A DNA stretch of 64,000 nt from Acidimicrobiia bacterium. Lineage in GTDB: Bacteria; Actinomycetota; Acidimicrobiia; IMCC26256; JAOSJL01. The stretch lies in assembly GCA_027494115.1 (NCBI GenBank), contig JAOSJL010000001.1:2661937-2725936 (forward strand), given 5' to 3'. Numbering within the stretch: the first letter of the stretch is position 1; each line of letters starts with the position of its first letter. The notes below the pieces were generated by a model. It ran no database searches. It was not told the origin of the DNA and saw nothing but the letters and a program-made list of their open reading frames with translations. A program made the translations under genes and the position numbers. Of this stretch, positions 48,501-58,638 are shown in pieces.

Positions 48501-49913
48501 GACGGCGACCTCGACACACGCTGGACGCCCGGCTTCCTTCAGAACATCGGCGCCACGGTCACGGTGGATCTCGCCGAGCCGACAACCTTCGACTCCCTCG
48601 ACCTGCAACTCGTCGCCGACGGGCGGCACTCGGTGCCGACCAGAATCGTCGTGTCGGCCGGTGGCGAAGAGCGCAGCGTCGACGTTCCGGCCGTCGAAGA
48701 CCGGTCGGGTGACAACGCCGTCGTCGCGGCACCGGTCGAGTTCGCCCCCCTGACGGGAGATTCCCTCACCGTTCAGATCGACGAGGTCCGCCCAGAGATC
48801 ACGACGGACTTCTTCAGCCAGGGCCCGATCGAGCTTCCCGTCAGCATTGCCGAACTCGGCCTCGGACTCGGCGAAGGCGTCGGCAGCGCCTCTTTGGACG
48901 ACGAGTTCCTCGAGACGTGTCGCGACGACCTTCTGACGGTTGATGGGGAGGAAGTACCCATCCGGGTCACGGGCGCACGGACAACCGCCGAGGCGCGCGG
49001 CGCACTGTCGGTGGAGGCGTGCGACGGCGCGCTGTCACTCGACGGCGGGACCCACGAGCTTCGCACGACGTTCGGACGTGACAGCGGGTTCGACCTCGAC
49101 CGTCTCGTCCTCGCCTCGGACGTCGGCGGCGGGGCTGTCCCCGTCACTGACGGCTCCCTTCCCGCCCCGACCGCGCCACCACCCGGTCCCGCCATCGAGC
49201 TGACGGATGAGGGTCGGGTCAGCTACGACGCCGACGTCGACGCTGCCGACTCGCCCTTCTGGTTGATTCTCGGGCAGAGCTTCAACGACGGATGGGAGGC
49301 GGACGCGCAGGGCCAGGGGGACCTCGGCGCTCCGACCCTCGTGGACGGCTACGCCAACGGCTGGGTGATGGATGCGGGTGGTCCCCGGAGCGTGGCCGTG
49401 GAATGGGTGCCGCAGAAGCTCGTGTACGCGGGCCTCGCCACCAGCTTCCTCGCGGCCTTGGCCTGCCTCCTGCTCGCGTGGCGCGGACGACGCAGCGATG
49501 ACGAGAGCGACGACGAGAGCGACGGCGTGCCCGACCTGGTGCTCCCCCGCACGGGGTCACCGGCACTGACGTCCACCCTCTCGCGCGTCCTCGCGGTGGT
49601 CGGAGCAGGAGTGGTGGGTGCCCTGCTCGTGGGGCCCGCATGGGGCCTCCTGCTCGCCGGTGTCACCCTCGTCGCCACCACGACCCGTGCGGGACGGAGC
49701 GTTCTCGTGGTGGCGGCCGTGGTCCTCGTGGTCGCCGCCTTCACGTCCGTCGTCGTGGGCCAGATCGTCGATCCCCACGTTCCCGACTTCGCCTGGGCGA
49801 ACCAGCAGGAGATCGGCCACCGACTGGCGCTCTCGGGTGTCCTGCTCCTCGGTGTCGACATCCTCCTCGACGTGCTGAGACACCGAGTGAGTTCCGAGAA
49901 GGCCGTTCAGTAG
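45513..49913 (+). CDS. AftD-like giant GT-C glycosyltransferase with discoidin-type CBMs (intact paralog)
   Basis: 1466 aa. The N-terminal polytopic domain carries LIYLDPGGF...GTVTHQNLGLAFPMG...PYVLQY. The central soluble region has repeated DGD..T.W F5/8-type-C-like signatures. The C-terminus has TM helices. Confidence 0.85.
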   Translation: MRTSETGEASGVVARDPSRRFSLLAHGGLAVLAYVPLLLTAPGRVAADTRALIYLDPGGFVPQALSLWDTSTHLGTVTHQNLGLAFPMGAWFWLTDTLGIPVWIAQRLWLGTILFAAGAGVLYLTRTLRWTGAGPLVAALVYMLSPYVLQYAPRTSVLILPWAGLPWLVAYTERAVRTGGWRYPALFALVALIVGGVNATALILVGIAPVMWLIFVIWVTREVTWRPAVGAALRIAALTVAVSVWWVVALMVQSRYGLPVLLYGETVDQVATTSTATEVLRGLGYWLFYGRDGLQPNIAAAVAYLQNPGLLTVSFLLPALGLVAAFVLRWRYRAYFAALVVVGVVIGVGTYPPGNSAPLGAAFADFAETSSAGLALRSSSRVVPLLVLGFAVLVGAATTALRIRRPRLGLVVATLIGVLAVANLPALVTGDFVDRNFERDDALPEYWEEVAEALDATDDGSRVLEIPGIQFASYRWGTTYDAPVSVGLIDRDIAAREQIPFGSAPSADLMIALDRRLQEGVFEPEVLPVAARLLSAGDVLLRSDLEFERFYAPRPRLVWSQLLGFSTPSDDDRAGGLDEPQGFGEPTENVAGPDFPLIDEQTLGLRTETDPPPVALFDVVGAPPVFHTKSTTEPVLLDGDSEGLLDAATAGLMTGEEVVLFGATLEDDPDLLALSLENDGSIVVTDTNRLRERRWRSTRGNTGFTETEDEELAHAGVGEGEAVLEVFPDASNDSRTVAIHDGASASATGYGGPQTFDPATRPVAAIDGDVTTAWQVGPLFDGVGERLVITTDEPVTTDHITLLQTQNSFGTYTIREVEVRTDGGQTFVVELGPESRTGPGQTVTFPETTFSELEIEITETGVDDPEEPEALTPVGFAEVGIPGVTFDELVRLPVNLTNSMEGSEAENTALSYVMTRLRSNPAEPLRPDEELGMSRIFEVPASRGFSLVGTARISAAIPDEQIDDLLGLPIASDPVVAARSSSRLPGSLESRARSAVDGDLDTRWTPGFLQNIGATVTVDLAEPTTFDSLDLQLVADGRHSVPTRIVVSAGGEERSVDVPAVEDRSGDNAVVAAPVEFAPLTGDSLTVQIDEVRPEITTDFFSQGPIELPVSIAELGLGLGEGVGSASLDDEFLETCRDDLLTVDGEEVPIRVTGARTTAEARGALSVEACDGALSLDGGTHELRTTFGRDSGFDLDRLVLASDVGGGAVPVTDGSLPAPTAPPPGPAIELTDEGRVSYDADVDAADSPFWLILGQSFNDGWEADAQGQGDLGAPTLVDGYANGWVMDAGGPRSVAVEWVPQKLVYAGLATSFLAALACLLLAWRGRRSDDESDDESDGVPDLVLPRTGSPALTSTLSRVLAVVGAGVVGALLVGPAWGLLLAGVTLVATTTRAGRSVLVVAAVVLVVAAFTSVVVGQIVDPHVPDFAWANQQEIGHRLALSGVLLLGVDILLDVLRHRVSSEKAVQ

Positions 49914-49922
49914 GATTCTGAG

Positions 49923-52168
49923 ATGCCGGACGACTTTGTCGAGCAGACCCGCGCGCCCGACAACGCTGGTGGCGATGTGCCCGAGGAGGAGCCGCCGAAC
50001 CCGGTCCTCTACCGAATCGCGCGTCGTCGTTTCGTGGCCGCCGTGATCGCCGGCGGCATCCTCGGCACCCTCGCCTTCGGTTGGATGGTCAGTCGCGGCA
50101 CCTTCGACCTCACCGAGTGGCAGAAGGTCGGGTACTTCTACGACGCGCAGACCGAGAGCTGGCTGGACGGCCACTGGGACATCGAGCAGAAGGTCCTCGG
50201 CATCGAAGCCTTCACCGTCGACGACAAGTCGTACATGTACCAGGGTCCGCTCCCGGCCATCCTGCGGCTACCCGTCTTCGCGATCACCGACTCCCTCTAC
50301 GGGCGTCTCACGGCGATCTCGATGCTGCTGGCCTTTGTGGTCGCCGTCACGTTCGCCGGACGGCTGCTCTGGCGGCTACGCAACATCATCCGCCCACGTG
50401 CCCCGGTCGGAAACGGGGAGATCGCCTTCACCGCGTTCTTCATGTTCGTGCTGGGTGGAGGCTCCAGTCTTCTCTACACGGCGAGTCGCGCCTGGGTGTA
50501 CCACGAGGCGATCCTGTGGGGAGTCGCACTGTCGATCGCCGCGTTCGAGGCCATCCTCGCCTTCTTCCAGAAGCCGTCACCCGGAAAGCTGGCGTGGGCG
50601 GCGTTCTTCACGTCGGGAGCGATGCTCTGCGCGTCTCGATCGGGCTCGGTCCGGTGGCCGCACTCGGACTGCTCACCCTCGGGCTTGCCATCTCCTGGCT
50701 GCGAACGCACCTGCGCGGCGATTCGGACTTCGTGCGTCGATGGGGCGACCGGCTTGCGTGGCTCTCACCGCGGCAGATCGCCGGGAATCCCCGCTACCTC
50801 ATCGGTGCCGCCGTTGTGTGCATCCTGCCGGTCGTTCTGTACGCGGCGGTGAACTACATCAAGTTCGACAGCTTCTTCAGCGTTCCCTTCGACGGCCAGA
50901 ATTTCTCGCAGGTCGACCGCGGTCGCCAGGCGTTCCTCGCCGAGAACAACGGAACGCTCTTCGGCCTGAAGTTCATCCCCACCACAGCGTTCCAGTACAT
51001 GCGACCCGACGCGCTCTCCTTCACGAGCACCTTCCCGTTCGTCGACTTCCCTCCGTTCCCCGGCAGAGTCTTCGGCGGCTACCGGCTCGACCTCTTCGAC
51101 CGCACCTCCAGCATCCCGTCGTCACTACCCTTCTGGTTCGCCCTCACCGTCCCTGCGGTCATCGCACTCGTGCTCCCCGCGCGCACCCGGATCCTCAAGG
51201 CCCTGGCCCTCGTCAGAGTGCCGGTCATCGGTGCAGCGGCCGGAGCCCTCACGCTCCTGCCCTTCGGCTACATCTCGAATCGCTACATCGCCGATGCATT
51301 CCCGTTCCTGGTCATCTCCGGCGGCATCGGGATGTATCTGCTCTGGGCGCGCTTCGACCGGCGGTCGGTGCCCGTCACCTGGTGGGTGAAACCCGCGGTC
51401 GGTGGCCTCGTCGTGCTCGGCGTGTTCACGATCTGGGCCAATGCCTCACTTGCTCTTCTCTTCCAGCGTGCGTACTCACCCAACGTTCCCGAACACGTCA
51501 TCGCCGACTGGATCGAGACCCAACACAACGTGAACAGCGCACTCGGCATCGACGACCTCGATCGTGTGGGGTTCGGCGATGAACTCCCGGTGTCCGGCCG
51601 CAGCGGCGACCTCTTCATCATCGGCGCGTGCGACGGTCTCTACCTGTCGGACGGACAGGAGACCAACGACGTCAAGTGGACCAACTGGAATGCCGTCGAA
51701 CGCACCGCCGCCACGGGACATTTCCGCTACGAGGCGACCTTCGAGGAGCGACCCGAGGGCACACGCGAACCCGTCATGGTGTCGGGGACTCCCGAGGCTC
51801 CGAACGTCGTGTGGATGGAGCACCTCGGCGACGATCAGGTCGTGTTCGGATACGACGGCGAGCCGGCCGACTGGGAGTTCCTCCCCGTCGACATCGAGTA
51901 CGGGAAGACCTACACACTGGATCTCGTCATGGACCCCCGTGTGGCCTCGCTCATCGTTCGACTCGACGACGAGCTCGTCTTCGAGACCTTCTACACCGGG
52001 CCACGGGAGATCGAGGTGGGTGAGAACACCGTGGAGGCGCCCGGTGTCGGCCCGTCGCTCGGCGCGGAACTGGTACCGCTCCCCACCGACACCCCGGTGT
52101 GCGACGAACTACTCGCCGACCTGGAGGATCAGAACTCGTCAGCGTCGGGGAGAACACCCAGCTCGTAG
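49923..52168 (+). pseudogene. polytopic membrane protein, probable GT-C-fold glycosyltransferase with a C-terminal soluble beta-rich domain, frameshifted
   Basis: Track ORF 49923..50852 (…FYDAQTESWLDGHWDI…YMYQGPLPAILRLP…) continues in the frame of 50081..52168 from …RVSIGLGPVAALGLLTLGLAISWL. One base is missing around 50620-50635. Span is 2246 nt (3n+2). The family assignment is tentative. Confidence 0.6.
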
Positions 52169-53613
52169 AGGTACTGGTACGCGAACAGGTTCGGCCACAC
52201 CGACACACCGAACCGGTCGATCTTGCCCAGCGCGCCGCCACCGCGCGCCGACGCACCTCTGTGATCGTCGCCGCCCTGCTCGTTCACACCGGCCTCACCC
52301 GCACCGCGGTCGACGACCTCCAGAGGCAGCCCCACCGCCTCACGGCGGCGTACGTCGAAACCGGCACCGGACGCGATGCGCTCGAAGCTTCGACGGGTGA
52401 AGAACCGAACATGGCCGCGGTCGAGGATGCCCCGCCGGTCGTAGTCGAAACGCCCGAGCGCCACGCGCGCACGCGGATACCAGTGGGCGAAGTTGGGGAT
52501 GCTCGTCACGAGTGAGCCGCCGAGGCGCAGCCGACCGCGGATCTCGACCATGAGGTCGCCCGGCTCGCGCACGTGCTCGAGAACGTCGGCAGCCAGCACG
52601 ATGTCGTAGCCCGTGCCCACTTCATCGGGAATCCCGTGGTCGAGGTCGGCTTCGACGAACTGGTCGACACGCTCCCCCACGCCGTCGATCTTCTCGATGT
52701 CGACGCCGGTGACCGTATGACCGTGCTCACGCAGCAACGCCGCCAAGGATCCGTCCGAGCAGCCCAGGTCGAGGATCCTGCTGGCCGGTCGGCCGCGCAG
52801 CCACGCCATCAGCCGCACGTGCGACGTGTCGTCGGACTCCTTCAGTTCGTAGCCCTGGTCGGCGAACGCCATCTCCCCGGTTCCGAAACCCATCTTGTGG
52901 GCTCGGTAGCGCACGACGTCCTTGCTCACGTCGCGGGCGTACTTCATCCCGTCGACGTAGCAGATCTCATCGCCGTAGTACGTGGGGATCGGGACCTCGG
53001 CGATCCGCTTCGAGGCCTCCCTGAGCTGGATGATGATCTGGGTGTCGAAGTTGAAACCGTCGTCGTTGCGGTCGAAGGGAATGTCCTTCAGGGCTGCGAC
53101 GCTGTAGGCGCGGTAGCCCGAGTGCCACTCACTCAGGTCGAGGCCGACCACCTTGTTCTCGAACGTCGTGAGAATCCGGTTGCCGACGTACTTGTACATC
53201 GGCATGCCCCCACGACGCGCTTCGCCCTCGTCGAGCATCCGTGAGCCGAACACCGCGTCGGCCTCGTCGCGCTCGAGCGGTTCCACGATCTGGGGGAGGA
53301 ACTCCGGTGCGTACTGACCGTCGCCGTGGAGCAGTACGACGATGTCGAGGTCGTGGTCGATGGCCCAGCGGTAGCCCGCCTTCTGGTTCCCGCCGTACCC
53401 GAGGTTCCGCGGGTGACGGACCACCGTGAGGGGCAGATCCTCCTGATGCTGCTGGTAGCCGAGACCCACGAGGTAGGTGGAGTCCTGGCTGGCGTCGTCG
53501 CCGATGAGAACCTTGGTGATCCGCGGTCGGAAGTCTTCGGGAATTCGGTCGAGGACGTGCGCGAGCGTCGAGGCGGCGTTGTACGTCACGACGAGAATGC
53601 CGATGCGCTTCAT
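52129..53613 (-). CDS. bifunctional GT2 glycosyltransferase / class I SAM-dependent methyltransferase
   Basis: GT2 half: ILVVTYNAASTL, IGDDASQDST, NLGYGGNQKAGY, LLHGDGQY. MT half: ILDLGCSDGSL, VLAADVLEHV, RLGGSLVTSIPN. 494 aa. Confidence 0.85.
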   Translation of the reverse strand: MKRIGILVVTYNAASTLAHVLDRIPEDFRPRITKVLIGDDASQDSTYLVGLGYQQHQEDLPLTVVRHPRNLGYGGNQKAGYRWAIDHDLDIVVLLHGDGQYAPEFLPQIVEPLERDEADAVFGSRMLDEGEARRGGMPMYKYVGNRILTTFENKVVGLDLSEWHSGYRAYSVAALKDIPFDRNDDGFNFDTQIIIQLREASKRIAEVPIPTYYGDEICYVDGMKYARDVSKDVVRYRAHKMGFGTGEMAFADQGYELKESDDTSHVRLMAWLRGRPASRILDLGCSDGSLAALLREHGHTVTGVDIEKIDGVGERVDQFVEADLDHGIPDEVGTGYDIVLAADVLEHVREPGDLMVEIRGRLRLGGSLVTSIPNFAHWYPRARVALGRFDYDRRGILDRGHVRFFTRRSFERIASGAGFDVRRREAVGLPLEVVDRGAGEAGVNEQGGDDHRGASARGGGALGKIDRFGVSVWPNLFAYQYLYELGVLPDADEF

Positions 53614-53622
53614 GGCGCGATT

Positions 53623-55213
53623 CTACGCGGTTGCTTCGTCGAGGCCATCGTCGTCACGGTGGTCGGCCAACCTGCGGGCGGGATCGACCGAGCGGGGAAT
53701 GATCGGAGCGTCTCGGCCGGTCGTGGACTTCTCCTCCGACGCGGTCTGTTCGTGGTACTCGGCCTCGACGTTCACCGACCAGATGTCGTGCCCGGCGTTG
53801 TCCACGATGTTCTCCACGGTGAGCATCGCCGTGTACATGGAGTGGTCCTGGTTGTTGTACTTGTGCATGCCGTTGCGACCGACGGGATGAACGTCGGGGA
53901 CGTTGTCGGCGATCCACTTCTTCAGCACCTCGACGTTGTCGCTGTAGGTCTCGTCGTAGGTGGGGTACGCCTTGGGCTGTCGGACGACGTAGCCCGACTC
54001 CACACGCGACGGGTCGACCAGGCCGAGCTTCTGCAACTCGCGCTTGCCCAGCTCTATGAGCTCTCCGTCGGGAGCGTTCCAGAGCTCGTCACCCTCGAAC
54101 ACGAAGTACTCGAGCCCGAGACACGTGCGGCCCTCCTTGACGAGGTAGGGCGACCACGATCCGAAGTTCTGGATCCGACCGAGCTCGACGTCGGGATCGT
54201 GCACGTAGATCCAATTGTCGGGGAACCCGACCTCTTCGGGGACGACCAGCGCAACGGTGAGGAAGTCGCGGTAGGTGATGTCATTCGCCGCGTGGAGCGC
54301 CGCATCGCCGGCGGCCGGTTCCATCGCACGCAGCAGGCCGCTGAACGGCATCGACGAGATGACGTCGGTGGCGGGATACCGGGTCGCGGCACCGTCGTCG
54401 GATACCGCCTCCACCGCTACGACCTTGCCGTTCTCGTGGACGACCTTGGTGGCCCGCGTGTTCATCACGACCTTGGTGCCCTGGGCCTCGACGAGGTCGC
54501 GGCAGCGCTCCCACATCATCCCCGGGCCGTACTTCGGGTACTGGAACTCTTCGATCAGGCTCGTGACCTGCTTGCCCTTGCCCTGGCGTCGCTTCCACCA
54601 GTCGGGCTTCAGCGCCTCCCACACGGCCCGGAACAGCGAGAGGTTCTTGATGCGCTGTGCCGCCCAGTCGGCCTGGATCTCGTTGGCGTCGATCCCCCAC
54701 ACCTTCTCGGTGTACGTCTTGAAGAAGTGGTGGTACAGACGCCATCCGGAAGCGCGACGCCGTCCACCCCTCGAACGTGGTCTTGTCCTTCGGTGGCTTG
54801 ATGCGCACCCAGACATAGCTCAGGACGCAACGCACCGCTTCGATGATCCCGAGGCCGCGCAGCGCATTGACCGGCTTGATCGGGTAGTCGAAGTACTTGC
54901 CGTTGTAGAAGATACGGCTCATACGCGGACGCTGGAGAAAGTCTTCGTCGGGGAGGATCTCGTGCCACAGGTCCTCGACGGGCTGGACCTTGGTGAAGAA
55001 CCGGTGGCCACCGATGTCGAAACGCCATCCGTCGCGCTCCACGGTGCGGGAGATGCCGCCCACCGTGTCGTCGGCTTCCAGCACGGTCGCGGTCACGCCC
55101 TTCTTCGCCAACTCGTAGGCCGCCGTGAGCCCGGCGGGGCCGGCTCCGATGATGACGACCTGGGGATCGGAGTCGCGCGTCGAGGGTGCGGTGGATTCGG
55201 CCTGAGAGGTCAT
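53623..55213 (-). pseudogene. FAD-dependent oxidoreductase (Rossmann GxGxxG; amine-oxidase / UDP-galactopyranose-mutase-like fold), frameshifted
   Basis: VVIIGAGPAGLTAAYELAKKG...VLEADDTVGG marks the N-terminus. TTFEGW...SRF then switches frame to GWRLYHHFFKTYTEKVWG. There is an extra C at 54746-54749. Span is 1591 nt (3n+1). Confidence 0.7.
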
Positions 55214-55353
55214 GGGGATACGAGTTCTCCGGAAGTGGGTCCGAGGTGCGTCCGACGCGGAGGGCGGCCCGACCCACGTGGGCTCCTGGCGTCGAACAGT
55301 GTACCGAGAGGTCACTCGAGGGCACCGGATCGTGCCCCGCGCTCAGCAGTCTC

Positions 55354-56519
55354 CTAGGGCGTGTAGATGCCGCTGAAGGTGAACATTGCGTAGGCGACGA
55401 GGGCCCCGGCAGACACGGTCATGGCCACACGCTCGGCCCGTTGGTCGGCCGTGACCATGGCGACGACGATGATGAACGGAAATGCCGCCATGGCGTAGCG
55501 CTCGAGCGAATCGAGGTTGCTGGCGGAGAGCGACAGGAGCAGGATTCCGGCCGAGAAGAGGCCGTAGGAGACCGGCAGCCGCATGAACATCACGACGAGG
55601 AGCGCGAGGAGGAACACCCCCCACGGGAAATGGAGCGCCCGTAGGAGGTCCTCCCGCGCGATGAGGTCTCCGGCGTAGTCGAGCAGACTCGACACCGGGT
55701 GCGCGCGGAACCCTGGCGGGTCGGATCGCTCTGGAGGGTGAGGGGGAGGAAGAGATCGCCGTAGACGATCTGTACCCACACCAGATAGATCCCGATCCCG
55801 ACACCGGAGGAGATCACGGCCAGCAATCCGAGAAGGCGCTCCCGCGAGGCCGATCTCTTCCAGCACCGCCAGAGCTCTGCGGCCGCCGCGACGGCCAGGA
55901 ACACCGCGAAGGGCCGCGTGAGCCCGGCCACCACCCCCAGGGCGATGGCGGGACCCCAACGTCTCGAACGAATGGCGAGGAAGAACCCGACCGCGAGTGC
56001 CAGGAAGAGCGCTTCGGCGTAGCCCATCACGAGCACGAAGGCTGTCGGCCAGATCGCCGACAGCCACACGGCGCGGGTGGCGAGAGCCTCGTCCCCGGTT
56101 TCGCGCATGACGAGGCGTCGCAGTAGCACCATGAACACGATCGCCGACACGTTGGCGATCAGTAGGAGTGCGAGATCGACATTCCCCACGACCAGCGCCA
56201 GCGCTCGGCCGAGCAGCGGGAACAGCGGCCAGAACCGCAACCCCACCTCCCCCACGCCGCCGTAGCCGTCTTCCGCGATTCCCTGATACCAGTCGGCGTC
56301 CCACGCCAGAAGCCCATCGCGCAGCTGGGTCGGGTCCGCGCCCCTATGGAGCTCGTCGACCACGATCTCCGCGACGACGAGCGCAGCGACCGTGAGGACA
56401 CGCCCGACGATCCACGGCAGTGCGACGAGGCGCAGCTCCACGGCCCATCGCTCGACGACCTCCGAGATCCCACGTCCGGGTCGTGCGGACGCCGAGGAGG
56501 TGTGGGCATCCGGCGTCAC
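55354..56519 (-). pseudogene. polytopic membrane protein, PIG-V-like/GT-C mannosyltransferase-like, frameshifted
   Basis: The WDADWYQGIAEDGY motif is followed by multiple TM helices. …GDLFLPLTLQ switches frame to SDPPGFRAHPVSSLLDY…. One base is missing around 55715-55740. Span is 1166 nt (3n+2). Confidence 0.6.
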
Positions 56520-58108
56520 GGTGGTCCAAAGCGCGTCAGGTTCTGGAACTCGAAGAAGTTGTCGTCGCCGACGACGACGGTTTCAGCGTCAGGGCGCTCA
56601 CCCTGCAATGTGGTGACCACAGCCTCGCAACTCGTTTCCAACGTTCTGTACCCCGGGGCCCACACGAGCCAGATCGTGGTGTCCGGTCCGGCCGCGTCGA
56701 GAAGGACCTGCGCGTAGGCAGCGGGGTCGGCGGCGGCGTTCCGCTCCTCGTAGTCGGTCCAGTCGACGAACTCGGGAGACGCTCCGTCGGGCCACGCAAG
56801 ACCCCGCACGTCGACCGAGAGCAGGCGGTCCACGTCGGGACCGACCTGGTCGGGACAGAATCCGACCACGTCTCCCGGCTGTGCAGCTTCGTTGATGACG
56901 CTGGTCACCTCACCTGCCTGTGTGCGGTGGGTGACACCCTGCTCGATACCCCCGGCGAAACCGAGGAGGAGAACGACGGCGAGTGCGGCGCTGCGGAGGG
57001 TCCGCGACGCGAGGGTGAGGAAGCCCGCCGCGGCCACCAGGAGATACAGGGGCAGGACGACCGAGGCGTAGCGGGACTCGAACGCTCCGGCCGTGACCCA
57101 CGCGATACCGCCGCCCACGAGAAGGGTGCCGATCCCGATCGCAGCCTCGTTGCGGGCGAGCGGTCGCGTCTGGAGATCCAGCCCGATGTACCGCCGATCG
57201 AGTGCGACGCCGAACAGCCCGAGTGCGGCGAACGCGACGAGCAGCGGGCCCATCAACCATCCGGCCGGCACGAAACCACCGCCGAAGTCGATGAGCGCGT
57301 GTCCGAGGGCCGTCGTCAATGAAACCGGTGTCGCCCACGGTGTTCCCGTGTGGGCGAGCTGGTCGAGGAACACGGGAACCCACGGGAGGAAGGTGGCGCA
57401 ACCGATCGCGACGGCGACGAGAACGCGCCGCGCCGCGCGCGGGTCGGGATCGCGCACGGATCGAAACACGAGATAGACGCCGACTACGACGACGAGGTAC
57501 AGCGACCAGTACGCGTCATAGAGAAGTAACCCGGTGAGAAGGACGACGACCGCCAGGCGAGCGACCGACGGCCGTTCAAAGGCACGCCGCATCGCGAGAG
57601 TTCCGAGAAGGACGAGGAGTATCTGCAACGAGTAGGGACGCGCTTCGTTGCTGTATCGGATGGCGAATGGCGACAGGGCGAGGAGCAGCAACGCGATCCA
57701 GGCGAGGACCCGACCACCCATTCGTCGGGCCGTGAACCACATGGCGGGGAGCGCCGCCAGGCTGAAGACTCCCGAGAGCGACCGCACGGCGGCGTTCCCG
57801 TCACCGAAGATGTCGATCCAGAAGTGGAGCAGGACGTAGAACAACGGCGGCGACCCATCCCGCCGCAGGGTGTCGACGAGATCGCCGAGGGGAACGGAGG
57901 CGATGTTGACGGTCAGCGCCTCGTCGAGCCAGAGCTCCGACTGGGCGAAGAACCGCAGGACGACGCCTGCGACGAGGGCGAGACCGATCCCGATGGGAAC
58001 AATCCGCCACAGCCAGGTCGGACCGTCGGAACGCGCGGGTGGCTCGTGGTCGTTGCCTCGCTCGCGGGCCAACGGAGCGCGCGTGACCTCGCCGGGGGAC
58101 GTCTGCAC
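56516..58108 (-). CDS. GT-C glycosyltransferase (GT39/ArnT/PMT_2-like)
   Basis: 530 aa and polytopic. ELWLDEALTVNIA, PPLFYVLLHFW and the overall layout are typical of the ArnT/PMT_2 family, with a C-terminal soluble domain. The stop overlaps the next start by 4 nt. Confidence 0.7.
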   Translation of the reverse strand: MQTSPGEVTRAPLARERGNDHEPPARSDGPTWLWRIVPIGIGLALVAGVVLRFFAQSELWLDEALTVNIASVPLGDLVDTLRRDGSPPLFYVLLHFWIDIFGDGNAAVRSLSGVFSLAALPAMWFTARRMGGRVLAWIALLLLALSPFAIRYSNEARPYSLQILLVLLGTLAMRRAFERPSVARLAVVVLLTGLLLYDAYWSLYLVVVVGVYLVFRSVRDPDPRAARRVLVAVAIGCATFLPWVPVFLDQLAHTGTPWATPVSLTTALGHALIDFGGGFVPAGWLMGPLLVAFAALGLFGVALDRRYIGLDLQTRPLARNEAAIGIGTLLVGGGIAWVTAGAFESRYASVVLPLYLLVAAAGFLTLASRTLRSAALAVVLLLGFAGGIEQGVTHRTQAGEVTSVINEAAQPGDVVGFCPDQVGPDVDRLLSVDVRGLAWPDGASPEFVDWTDYEERNAAADPAAYAQVLLDAAGPDTTIWLVWAPGYRTLETSCEAVVTTLQGERPDAETVVVGDDNFFEFQNLTRFGPP

Positions 58109-58170
58109 CGGGTCATGCTAACGCCGCGCCGGTCGCGAACAGCGACCTCGGGCGGCGGCTCCCTGCGCGT

Positions 58171-58638
58171 CTATCCCCCGCTGTCGGGGCTCGTGTCGCC
58201 GAAGTCCCACCACTGGACCTCGACCATCATGGGCAGGAGGTAGCCCACGTAGAAGCTGGTGATTGCCAAGACCTCGAAATCGTCGACCGACTTGTCGACG
58301 ATGTCGACACGCTCGTCCCGTTCCGCGAATTCGCGCGCTCGACCCAGCATGCCGTCGAGTTCGGCCTCGGCGCCCACCGACATGCCGAAATGGTCCATCC
58401 GCGGCGCCCGCATCGGCTCGTCGTCAGCGATCAGGAACACGAACTGCTCGTAGGTGTACGCCGAGAGGATCAGGCGCTCACGATTCCGGGTCATCGTCGA
58501 CAACTCCTCGAAGCCGAACACCGAGCCGTAGAAGTCGACGATGAGGCCGCGGTGCTCTTCGTCGAGCATGTCCGCGGGGAGGCTCATGGCCACGTGGTTG
58601 AAGCGCGGGTGCCGGGTCGGGGTCGTCGAGCTCATCAC
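58171..58638 (-). CDS. VOC (glyoxalase/bleomycin-resistance/dioxygenase) family protein
   Basis: FNHVAMSL...HFGMSV motif pattern. 155 aa. Start is GTG 58638 or ATG 58635. Confidence 0.65.
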   Translation of the reverse strand: MMSSTTPTRHPRFNHVAMSLPADMLDEEHRGLIVDFYGSVFGFEELSTMTRNRERLILSAYTYEQFVFLIADDEPMRAPRMDHFGMSVGAEAELDGMLGRAREFAERDERVDIVDKSVDDFEVLAITSFYVGYLLPMMVEVQWWDFGDTSPDSGG

